DNA of 50,162 nt from IMG/VR virus record IMGVR_UViG_3300045988_054790; one strand, written 5' to 3'. This DNA comes from a virus. The translations under genes and the position numbers were made by a program. Of the stretch, positions 36,931 through 44,398 are shown in pieces. The stretch's first letter is position 1, and every line of letters begins with the position of its first letter. The notes under the pieces are model-generated. The model worked only from the letters and a program-made list of their open reading frames with translations, searched no databases and was not told the origin of the DNA.

Positions 36931-36989
36931 GATACGCCGACCCTCCTCTGCACATTATCCCTCTCCACTGTGTTCTCCGCCTCGGCATA

Positions 36990-37041
36990 TTGTAAATCTT
37001 TTTGTCTTTTTTCTCTGCTTTCTTATATTTTGTAAATCTTT
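36990..37041. promoter_or_regulatory. Two copies of TTGTAAATCTTT (40-bp spacing), candidate operators
   Basis: Exact 12-mers at 36990-37001 and 37030-37041, in the divergent intergenic region. Confidence 0.5.
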
Positions 37042-37047
37042 ATTACA

Positions 37048-37076
37048 AGATTATCTGTAAAAAATGGTATTGTCAA
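37048..37076 (-). promoter_or_regulatory. Sigma70-like promoter TTGACA-N17-TAATCT driving the 341-aa gene
   Basis: -35 at 37076..37071 and -10 at 37053..37048 on the minus strand. Confidence 0.55.
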
Positions 37077-37097
37077 GCAGAACAGGAGGTACGGCTT

Positions 37098-37352
37098 ATG
37101 AAAATATATGATTACTCCGGGCGGGCCAATATCTCCGGCGACCGAATACATCAGGCGAGAACGGCCCAGCGGCTTTCCCAAGATGCCCTCGCCGCCAAGA
37201 TGCAGGTCTGCGGTGTTGGTCTTGGTAGGGAGGCCATCAGCCGCATCGAGACCGGCGACCGCTTCGTGACCGACTATGAGCTTGCCATCTTCGCCCGCGT
37301 CCTCGGCGTTTCCCTTGAATGGCTCACCGGCGATTTGGAACAGAAAGAATAA
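37098..37352 (+). CDS. XRE-family HTH regulator (Cro/CI-type, 84 aa)
   Basis: IHQARTAQRLSQDALAAKMQVCGVGLGREAISRIETGDR. AGGAGG lies 8 nt upstream of the ATG. Confidence 0.85.
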   Translation: MKIYDYSGRANISGDRIHQARTAQRLSQDALAAKMQVCGVGLGREAISRIETGDRFVTDYELAIFARVLGVSLEWLTGDLEQKE

Positions 37353-37353
37353 T

Positions 37354-37396
37354 AGCGGAGCTGCCAACAGACTGTAGGCAGTTCCGCTTTTCTATT
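37354..37396 (+). terminator. Rho-independent terminator after the cro-like gene
   Basis: 12-bp stem (one mismatch) at 37354-37365 / 37377-37388, followed by TTTTCTATTT. Confidence 0.7.
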
Positions 37397-37571
37397 TCCC
37401 GGTGCGGCATCGTCGTCCCGCTCTCCCTCTGACCATTTTCGTGATGCCACGAAAATGATACCCGCCGTCAGATGCTTCACCGCCGCCGACCTCTGCGCAG
37501 CCCGCATCCCCTCGCGCATACGCGAGCGCCCGCCCGTTCCATATATACAGCCGCCCGCCTTTCTCGTCATC

Positions 37572-37599
37572 AGCCGCCGCATAGGCGGCTTCTTTTTTG
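37572..37599 (+). terminator. Second terminator-like hairpin with T-run
   Basis: AGCCGCC-gcata-GGCGGCT followed by TCTTTTTTG. Confidence 0.5.
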
Positions 37600-37775
37600 C
37601 CCAAAACCGCCCCGTTTTCTTCCTCTGTCGCATTTTTGACCCCGCCAACTTTTCCCGCCCCGGCTCCCCGGAAGCGGTTTTTTGACCCCTTACCTAAAAA
37701 AATTTTGGGCTTCCGAACCCGCAAAGGACGACCGCCGCGCCGCCAGTACCTCGCGCGGGCGCGTTTAGAATTTCG

Positions 37776-37996
37776 CGCGGGCCTGCGCGTCGTGGTATCT
37801 TCGCGGGCGCGGGCGTTTGGTATCTCCTGCGGCCTGCTGGCCTGTGGGGCTGGTGGATGGCTGGCCGCTCTGGCGGCGAATGGCTCGCGCTATGCTGCGC
37901 CTGCGGGCCTGCGCGGCATGGTATCTCTGCGCGGGCCTGCGCGTTTGGTATCTCCTGCGCCTGCCCGGCTGGCGGCGCTGGCGGATGGCTGACCGC
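37776..37996. repeat. Imperfect tandem duplication (~126-128 bp period) carrying four TGGTATCT cores
   Basis: Cores at 37793, 37818, 37919 and 37946, each preceded by GGCCTGCGCG-like sequence. Each unit ends in GG(T/C)GGATGGCTG(G/A)CCGC. Confidence 0.8.
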
Positions 37997-38082
37997 CCTG
38001 CCGACTGCAGGAACTGGCCGCCGTCCTGCCGACCGTCTGCCCGCCGTGCCGACACGCCGACCGCCCCGACCGCCGCGACCGC

Positions 38083-38142
38083 CTGCCGCGCCGGTCTGCC
38101 GATCTACCGCCGTGACCGTCTGCCGCGCCGGTCTGCCGATCT
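38083..38142. repeat. 23-bp direct repeat CTGCCGCGCCGGTCTGCCGATCT x2 (37-bp period) within a TGCCGA(C/T)-rich tract
   Basis: Exact copies at 38083-38105 and 38120-38142. Related TGCCGAC motifs occur from ~37998. Confidence 0.8.
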
Positions 38143-38334
38143 GCCGCCGGGCAGGCCGGAGCCGCCGCCGAGGGTATTTACCGCGCCCGGTATCGTCCCC
38201 GGATAAGCTAAGCTAATATGCCCCCTATAGTCCCCCAAATGCAGCGATTTGCACAGAAAACGCCACGGAATTTTGTGCAAAAAAACTTCCCCACGTCCCC
38301 CCTAAAGGGGGACTGGGGAACGAAAACAGCCCTA

Positions 38335-38363
38335 TTGACGGCGCAAAAAGCCGCCGCTATCAT
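38335..38363 (+). promoter_or_regulatory. Sigma70-like promoter TTGACG-N17-TATCAT
   Basis: Upstream of the small ORF at 38440. Confidence 0.45.
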
Positions 38364-38439
38364 GCAGGGCAAGCGGACGGCCACAGCAACCGCCGCCCAG
38401 CGAACCGCCGACCACGGCGACCAGAAAGGGGAGGTGAAC

Positions 38440-38577
38440 ATGACCACGCCGAACACAGGCGAATTGCTTGTACAGCAAGCGCAGGAGGCAGAACGGCTCC
38501 GGCTCTTGATACTCGCTGACGAGTGCAAGACCATCGAGGAGTTCCGCGAAAAGCTCCGCGAGCGGCTGAACAAGTAA
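38440..38577 (+). CDS. Hypothetical small protein (45 aa)
   Basis: ATG follows AAAGGGGAGGTGAAC. Sequence MTTPNTGELLVQQAQEAERLRLLILADECKTIEEFREKLRERLNK. Confidence 0.5.
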   Translation: MTTPNTGELLVQQAQEAERLRLLILADECKTIEEFREKLRERLNK

Positions 38578-38767
38578 AACGCCGGGCCACCCTCCCAAGG
38601 CACGGCCCGACGTTCTCCCCCCGGCACGGGCGGCGAGTTCGCCGCCGCCCGGCCACGGCTAAAGCATAGCACATCCGCCCGCAGAACGCAAGCCCAGCAG
38701 GGCAGGCCGAAAAAATTTCCCCCTACGGGGGAACACCCCAGCCCCGAAAAAAATTTCAAAAAAATGC

Positions 38768-38826
38768 TTGACATTTACACGGCACCGTGTTACATTCGAG
38801 CCACAGCAAACAACACGACACCGTGT
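38768..38826 (+). promoter_or_regulatory. Early promoter TTGACA-N17-TACATT with two ACACG-N4-CGTGT operators
   Basis: O1 at 38777-38790 fills the spacer. O2 at 38813-38826 lies in the leader. Confidence 0.65.
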
Positions 38827-38858
38827 ACAGGCCGCCAAGGCCGGAAAGGAAAAACGCC

Positions 38859-39272
38859 ATGACTAACAACGAGATCATTTTTGAGAACGTCCGCGCCAGC
38901 TTCACCCCCGCCCAGCTCGCCGAGCTGGTGAACGCCACCTACACCGCCGAGCAGATCGCCGCCCGCCGCGCCAACATCACGATCACCGTTGACGAGGGCA
39001 GCGCCGCCACCGCCGAGGACATCTTCACCGCCATGCTGGCCGCCGATCAGTTCCACACGTTCGCCGAGTGGAAGCGCATGGGCTACAGCGTGAAAAAGGG
39101 TGCAAAGTCCGCCATCACCTGCCAGCTCTGGAAGTACACCGACAAGCCCGGCAAGGCCGCCCGCGAGGCCGCCGAGGCCGCCGGAAAAGACGCGCCGGAG
39201 ACCGACCCGCATTTCTACATGGCAAAGGCCCATTTGTTCCACGCCTTGCAGGTGGAGAAGTCCAAGCGTTGA
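38859..39272 (+). CDS. Hypothetical protein (weak ArdC-N-like ssDNA-binding motif)
   Basis: 137 aa. FHTFAEWKRMGYSVKKGAKSAI resembles the F.TF.QW...G..V+KGEK motif. This is a low-confidence call. Confidence 0.55.
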   Translation: MTNNEIIFENVRASFTPAQLAELVNATYTAEQIAARRANITITVDEGSAATAEDIFTAMLAADQFHTFAEWKRMGYSVKKGAKSAITCQLWKYTDKPGKAAREAAEAAGKDAPETDPHFYMAKAHLFHALQVEKSKR

Positions 39273-39366
39273 CCCAGCGCAAGCGGATACTTTAGCAGGG
39301 CTGCACCGCACAAAGCAACCCAGCCCCAGAAGCAAAACCCAAAAACAAGATCAGGAGGAACACAAG

Positions 39367-40284
39367 ATGAAATTCACAGGACGCTACACCGCCGCCACCG
39401 CCAAGGCCCTGAAAGGCTCCCCGCGCCTCGTCTGCCAAGTCACCGAGGACGGCACGATCTACGTATGCAACGGCTTTCTTCTCTGCACCATGAACCCGCC
39501 GGAGTACGCCGCCACCGTGCAGGGCTTCACCTGTTGCGAGCCGGGCAACTGGACGATTGACAAGGACGGCAAGCACGAGGACGACGCACACAAGCTCGAT
39601 CTTGTCAGGCTGTACGCCGACACGCTGAAAGCCAACGCCGACGCGCAGCCCCTCCAGCGCTCCCCGCTGACCGTCCAGACCCCCAAGGCCGCCGCCGTCT
39701 GCTACTACAACGCCGCCGCCGGTTTTGCCGCGATCTACGACACAAAATTCATCGCCGCGCTGCACCCCGCCGCCCAGCTCCGCACCACGTCCGCGATCTC
39801 CGCCGCCGTCGCCTATTGCGACGATGAACCGTTTGCCGTGGTCATGCCCATTAAGGCCGAACCCGAAACCGTTCGCGCCGTCCGGGCCTTTTTCACCGAG
39901 GCCGCCGAGGACAACACCAAAACCGGCGAGGCCGACAAGCTCCGCGCCGAGCTGGCCCAGTCTCAGGAAGAAGCCGCCACCCTGCGCGGCGATCTGTATC
40001 GCGCTGCCAACGAGATCGACGAGCTGAAAAACAAGCTGACCGAGCTGCACGAAACCAAGACGGAGCAGCCCGCCGCCGAGGCCGTCGAACCCAAGACCGC
40101 CGCCGAGATCATCGCGGCCCGCTGGGCAGAGGTGGACGGCCTGACCGCCACCATCAAGGGCGCGACCACCGCCGCGCCGGTTGTCTGGCTGGCTGGAGAC
40201 ACAAAGCCCCACGAAAAAGAGATCGAAGCCGCCGGGGGCAAGTGGAGTGGCAAGAAGAACGCCTATTATTTCCGCGTCGCATAA
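39367..40284 (+). CDS. Hypothetical protein (305 aa) with coiled coil and C-terminal GG+W..KKN.Y.F module
   Basis: AGGAGGA RBS. C-terminus is WLAGDTKPHEKEIEAAGGKWSGKKNAYYFRVA. Confidence 0.7.
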   Translation: MKFTGRYTAATAKALKGSPRLVCQVTEDGTIYVCNGFLLCTMNPPEYAATVQGFTCCEPGNWTIDKDGKHEDDAHKLDLVRLYADTLKANADAQPLQRSPLTVQTPKAAAVCYYNAAAGFAAIYDTKFIAALHPAAQLRTTSAISAAVAYCDDEPFAVVMPIKAEPETVRAVRAFFTEAAEDNTKTGEADKLRAELAQSQEEAATLRGDLYRAANEIDELKNKLTELHETKTEQPAAEAVEPKTAAEIIAARWAEVDGLTATIKGATTAAPVVWLAGDTKPHEKEIEAAGGKWSGKKNAYYFRVA

Positions 40285-40383
40285 CAAAACCCAAGCCGAA
40301 ACGGCCCGCCGGGGCCGTCCGCCGGGAACGGCCGCCCGGTGCTGATGATGGCAGGCCGAACACAAAAACGAGGAGGCAACAAA

Positions 40384-40602
40384 ATGGAGATCATCAAGCA
40401 ATACCGCGACGGGAACGAGCGTCATGACATCGTTTGCCTTGCAGGTGAAACGCTGTTTGAAAACTGGTATTCCGTGCTGGAGGATAGCTGCTGCCTGCGC
40501 CACCCCAGCAGCACCGCCGGATATTTTCACAGTCTCGACGAGGCCGAGACCGCGATGCACAAGCACCGCCCCGCCGCCGTCGAGATTAGCGAGGAGGCTT
40601 GA
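40384..40602 (+). CDS. Hypothetical protein (72 aa)
   Basis: GAGGAGG RBS. Confidence 0.55.
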   Translation: MEIIKQYRDGNERHDIVCLAGETLFENWYSVLEDSCCLRHPSSTAGYFHSLDEAETAMHKHRPAAVEISEEA

Positions 40603-40604
40603 CT

Positions 40605-40790
40605 ATGTACGCGCTGGAATACAAGCAGCTTTACATCCCCCGCGAGGCGCTGACCAAAAACCGCTGTTTTCAGGGCTACCGCTGGAAGCAGTACGCCGTA
40701 TGCGAGGAACGGGAGCCGCTGGAGCAGATCAAAGCCACGAAGAAAAGGCCGGAGGAGTGGCGTGTCGTCCCGCTGGCCGATAGCGTCTGA
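40605..40790 (+). CDS. Hypothetical protein (61 aa)
   Basis: The ATG lies 2 nt after the previous stop. Confidence 0.5.
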   Translation: MYALEYKQLYIPREALTKNRCFQGYRWKQYAVCEEREPLEQIKATKKRPEEWRVVPLADSV

Positions 40791-40883
40791 CCCCCCGCCG
40801 CCGGACACCTTGGACGGGCCGCACCGAACAAAGCGACCCGACCCCACGCACAAAACCAAATCACAAATCAGGAGGTACACAAA

Positions 40884-41099
40884 ATGGCATGGCTTTACAT
40901 CCCCGCCGAGACAGGCGAACGCATCGAAACCATCTGCAATCAGCACTACAACCCCGGACGCGGCGCGTGTGACTGCCCGCTCTGGCCCGCCTGCAGCTAC
41001 TCGAACGATCTCACAAAATCCAGCGCGGAGAACACCCGCATTTTTGAGCAGGGCATGGCCGCCGCTCTGTCCGCCCTCGACAACGAAAACAGGAGGTAA
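40884..41099 (+). CDS. Hypothetical protein (71 aa)
   Basis: AGGAGGT RBS. Preceded by conserved leader module B. Confidence 0.6.
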   Translation: MAWLYIPAETGERIETICNQHYNPGRGACDCPLWPACSYSNDLTKSSAENTRIFEQGMAAALSALDNENRR

Positions 41100-41104
41100 A
41101 CAAC

Positions 41105-41548
41105 ATGGCATCCATCGAACGCAAGATCAACGGCACCTTTGCCCCCGTCCCCGGCGGCTACGCCCAGCAGATCAACGAGCAGACAACGCTTTTTGTCCCG
41201 GACTTCTCCGCCGCCCGCTACGACCCCAAAACCGGCGAGCTGTTCGGCTACGCCCCGGACTACGCCGCATTAGAGGCAGAAAAGGCCCCCGCCGTGCAGG
41301 CCGACAAGCCCGGCGAATACGTCTATTGCTACGAAATGCAGCAGGCCCCCACCGGCTGCGACTTCGCCGCCGATCTTTCCTACTACGGCAAGCATTATTT
41401 TCTCCGCCCTCTCCGCGACGGTCTCCCTCAGCTCCACGGGCGCGGCATCAGCTACGACGAGCAGCGCAACACCTACACCGTCACCACCCGCGCCTATGAC
41501 AAGCTGAAAGAGCAATACCGCATCCGTTACGAAACCTGTCTTGACTGA
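41105..41548 (+). CDS. Hypothetical protein (147 aa)
   Basis: AGGAGGT RBS overlapping the end of the previous gene. Confidence 0.6.
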   Translation: MASIERKINGTFAPVPGGYAQQINEQTTLFVPDFSAARYDPKTGELFGYAPDYAALEAEKAPAVQADKPGEYVYCYEMQQAPTGCDFAADLSYYGKHYFLRPLRDGLPQLHGRGISYDEQRNTYTVTTRAYDKLKEQYRIRYETCLD

Positions 41549-41640
41549 CCACAAAACCGGACACCTTGGAGCCGCCGCACCGGGCAAAGCGACGGCACCC
41601 CATAAGCGAAACCCCAAAACACAAAACGGAGGTACACACC

Positions 41641-42606
41641 ATGTACGAACAGACAAGCATGATCGCCCCGCCGCAGGCCGAAGCAAAGCCCGCCGCCCGC
41701 TATTACGAGATCAACGAGGACACCGCCCGCAACGCTCACTACTGCGTCCACATGAGCGACTACCGGCCCGGCAGCGCCACCAACGGCTACCGCGCCGCCG
41801 TGGACAAGGCCGCCGCGCTGGTGGAGGCACGGAAAGCCAAGGTCAGCCCCTACTACCACGACAAGCTCGACGCGCTGCTTGACCGCTACGCCCGCCGCCT
41901 TGCCCAATGGACGAACGACTACAACCGCAATCAGGCCAGCTATCCCAGTCAGTTCATTTCCGGCGCGGGCGGCTACAACATGAAAAAGCACAACCGCCAG
42001 ATGGCGCGGGAGGGCGACCTCTGGAAAGAGTACGACGAGATCAAGGCCATCTTGAACAAGATCGAGGCCGTCGGCACCGGCGCGGTAGACCTCGCCGACC
42101 CCCACGCCCGCGAAATGCTCGCTGACCAGCTCCAAAAGCTGCAAGCCCAGCTTGACCGCAACAAGGCCATGAATGCCTATTATCGCAAGCACAAATCCTT
42201 TGTCGGCTTTCCCGGTCTGACCGCCGAGGCCGCCGCCAAGCTCACCGCCGACTTTGCCGACACCTGCCAGCGCTGCCCGTGGGTAAAGCACCCCGTCCCC
42301 GACTACGAATTGACCAGCCTGCGCGGCAAGATCAAGCGCACACAAGCCCGCCTCGACGAGCTGGACAAGCGCATGGAGCAGGCGGAGCAGACCGCCGAAC
42401 CCACAAAATTCGACGGCGGCGAGATCGTCCGCAACACCGAGGCCGACCGGCTCCAGATCATCTTTGACGAAAAGCCCGACGAGCAGCAGCGGGACGCGCT
42501 GAAACAAAACGGCTTCCGCTGGTCTCCCCGCTATGGCGCATGGCAGCGCCAGCTCACCCGTAACGCTGAGATCGCCGCCCGCCGCGCCCTCGGCCTGACG
42601 GAGTAA
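41641..42606 (+). CDS. DUF3560-like protein
   Basis: C-terminal RLQIIFDEKPDEQQRDALKQNGFRWSPRYGAWQRQLTRNA is typical of that plasmid/ICE family. Preceded by leader module C. Confidence 0.6.
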   Translation: MYEQTSMIAPPQAEAKPAARYYEINEDTARNAHYCVHMSDYRPGSATNGYRAAVDKAAALVEARKAKVSPYYHDKLDALLDRYARRLAQWTNDYNRNQASYPSQFISGAGGYNMKKHNRQMAREGDLWKEYDEIKAILNKIEAVGTGAVDLADPHAREMLADQLQKLQAQLDRNKAMNAYYRKHKSFVGFPGLTAEAAAKLTADFADTCQRCPWVKHPVPDYELTSLRGKIKRTQARLDELDKRMEQAEQTAEPTKFDGGEIVRNTEADRLQIIFDEKPDEQQRDALKQNGFRWSPRYGAWQRQLTRNAEIAARRALGLTE

Positions 42607-42616
42607 CAAAACCGCC

Positions 42617-42658
42617 CAGCAAGTTTTCAGCAAGTTACCAGCAAGTTACCAGCAAGTT
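42617..42658 (+). repeat. Four CAGCAAGTT iterons at exact 11-bp period
   Basis: Copies start at 42617, 42628, 42639 and 42650. Confidence 0.85.
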
Positions 42659-42701
42659 AAGCACCCGCCCCGGAGGTCACGAGGGCAGAAAGGACACCGC
42701 T

Positions 42702-42926
42702 ATGGCCACGACCGCAGCCCCCACAAGATACACGCTCAACCACGATGGAACGCTGGAAAAATGGTACTTGGAACACGACTGCGGCGAGATCGTCTATCTC
42801 CGCAAGACTTCGCGCCCCAAGTGGAACTGTTGCATGAAAGAGTTTCCCGCCGCCGAAGTATTCCCCGACTACAAAACCGCCCGTGCGGCGCTTAAAGCCC
42901 GCGCCTCCGCCAAAATTGCCCCGTAG
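42702..42926 (+). CDS. Hypothetical protein (74 aa)
   Basis: ORF track entry. Has an upstream GGAGG-like GAAAGGA. Confidence 0.5.
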   Translation: MATTAAPTRYTLNHDGTLEKWYLEHDCGEIVYLRKTSRPKWNCCMKEFPAAEVFPDYKTARAALKARASAKIAP

Positions 42927-42952
42927 ACTTTTACACGCCCGCGTGTTATAAT
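42924..42952 (+). promoter_or_regulatory. Promoter TAGACT-N17-TATAAT (TG-extended) with embedded ACACGCCCGCGTGT operator
   Basis: The operator at 42933-42946 occupies the same spacer position as O1 of the 38768 promoter. Confidence 0.6.
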
Positions 42953-42985
42953 GCGACAAAACAAAACCGAACAGGGAGGCAGACC

Positions 42986-43255
42986 ATGAACGAAGTCCCC
43001 GAAGTGTTCCCCGCGTACCGCCTTGTGGCCGAATTTGCCGACGGCCAGCGCCTCACCTTTGACGGCCTCACCGAGCAGCAGGCGCAAGACCGCATGGAGG
43101 CGGCGCAGGCCCAGCACGGCGATATATGCTGGTATGACGGCGTGACCGATCAGCACTACGAAAACGGAAAATATTATAAGCTTGCCCCGCAGCCGCCGGA
43201 GATCATCGTGATCGACCTGACAGACTGCCCAGACGAGCCGGAAAAGGAGGATTGA
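42986..43255 (+). CDS. Hypothetical protein (89 aa)
   Basis: GGGAGG RBS. Confidence 0.55.
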   Translation: MNEVPEVFPAYRLVAEFADGQRLTFDGLTEQQAQDRMEAAQAQHGDICWYDGVTDQHYENGKYYKLAPQPPEIIVIDLTDCPDEPEKED

Positions 43256-43257
43256 CC

Positions 43258-43473
43258 ATGCCCATACCCGAAAGCAAGCGCCGCAACAACGACATTTACA
43301 ACGCCAAATGCGACCGCATCAGCGCCCGCCCCATTAAGCCCATCGGCAACGCCATCCGCGCCGCTGCCAAGGCCGCCGGGCAGAGCGTACAGGCGTATGT
43401 GCTGCAAGCCTGCGAAGAACGCATGAAGCGCGAGGGACGCCCGCTGGAGCTTGACAGCCCCGCCGACGAATAA
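43258..43473 (+). CDS. Possible ribbon-helix-helix (Arc/CopG-like) DNA-binding protein
   Basis: RISARPIKPIGNAIRAAAKAAGQSVQAYVLQACEERMKREG fits a beta-strand followed by two helices. Confidence 0.45.
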   Translation: MPIPESKRRNNDIYNAKCDRISARPIKPIGNAIRAAAKAAGQSVQAYVLQACEERMKREGRPLELDSPADE

Positions 43474-43506
43474 CACAAATCCGACTTGCTATCGTGCAGA
43501 ACAAAA

Positions 43507-43548
43507 CCCCGGCAGACCGTACCAAAACGGCCCGCCGGGGCATTTTTA
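43507..43548. terminator. Bidirectional terminator at the convergence of plus and minus transcription units
   Basis: 14-bp stem 43507-43520 / 43527-43540 (two A/G positions). Followed by CATTTTTA on the plus strand and TTTTGT on the minus strand. Confidence 0.75.
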
Positions 43549-43866
43549 TCTTCTCTTGCTGCTGTACAGGTATCTGCACCGCCGCCGGAGCGCTTTTCGC
43601 CTCGCTCTCCGCACAAAAAGCCGCCTCATGCCCTCCACCAGCTTATCCACAAAATCCACGGTCTTTTCCTCCCATTCGCAAATTGTTTTTCCAGAGCCGC
43701 CCCGACGATCACGGAAACCCTTTCGCGCCACGCGCGAAGTCTTGAAAAACTTGTTCCTATAAGGCCGGTTTTCCTGTTCCGCCGCCGCTGTGTTCCGGTG
43801 CAAGATCAGTCGGCAAAGCAGCCCTTGCTCAGCCCCGCCGGACGGCCCAAAATTTTTTGCCGCTTA

Positions 43867-44349
43867 TTATGTACGCGCGCGCGACGCGCGACGGGCCAGC
43901 GCCTCCGCTTCCGGCAGCTCCTCCAGTACCTCGCCCAGCCGCTCCATGGCCCTTGTGTGCCAGTCGCGGGCCGTGCTGTCCGCCGTCCCCAGTCTCGCGC
44001 TGATCTTCGCCCAACTGTACCCACGCACATAGCGCATCACAATGACCTCTTTGTACTTACCGTTCAGCGCGTCCAGACAGGCACGAATACAGGCTTCATC
44101 CCCGGACAAAACCCGCTCCGTCTCCGCGATCTCCGCCAGCCGCTCGCTCACGCCGTTTTCCAGCGCCCGCAGCCCGCTTTCCTCCGTCGGCTTTCCCGGC
44201 GACGAACCGCGCGGCATCCCGTCACACGCCAGCCCCCGCAGTCCGTAATAATTGCCCTCCAATTCCGCCCGCTCCTGCCGCAGCAGGCGCAGCATCCCCG
44301 GAATTGCCTTGTAGTACAGGGCTATGTGCTTCACGCTGCCATACCGCAT
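43867..44349 (-). CDS. Sigma-70 region-4-like transcriptional regulator (ArpU/RinA-like late activator candidate)
   Basis: MRYGSVKHIALYYK... C-terminal VIVMRYVRGYSWAKISARLGTADSTARDWHTRAMERL is an HTH of sigma region 4 type. Confidence 0.55.
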   Translation of the reverse strand: MRYGSVKHIALYYKAIPGMLRLLRQERAELEGNYYGLRGLACDGMPRGSSPGKPTEESGLRALENGVSERLAEIAETERVLSGDEACIRACLDALNGKYKEVIVMRYVRGYSWAKISARLGTADSTARDWHTRAMERLGEVLEELPEAEALARRASRART

Positions 44350-44398
44350 CCGTCGCCTCCTGTTCTTGGCTCCGCGCCAAATCTCCTTGCCTGTGGTG

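Noticed and set aside
37776-38142. Repeat block as a CRISPR array
   Set aside because: The repeats are imperfect and irregularly spaced (25, 101 and 27 bp between cores, and a separate 37-bp-period pair). There are no unique spacers of uniform length and no cas genes.
37392-38216. ORFs in the repeat block (37392-37724 -, 37597-37992 +, 37765-38055 -, 37857-38216 +)
   Set aside because: The translations are Arg/Ala/Gly/Pro-rich low-complexity sequence. They overlap terminators and tandem repeats and have no RBS. 37392-37724 (-) is the least implausible but has no supporting signal.
38208-38774. 188-aa minus-strand ORF
   Set aside because: It lies antisense to promoters and the small plus-strand gene. 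The sequence is Ser/Cys/Ala-rich nonsense-like, with no RBS.
43546-43803. 85-aa minus-strand ORF downstream of the sigma-like regulator
   Set aside because: It has only a TTG start without an RBS. An internal GTG after GGGAGG would give a 37-aa highly basic peptide, which is possible but unsupported. It is left unannotated.
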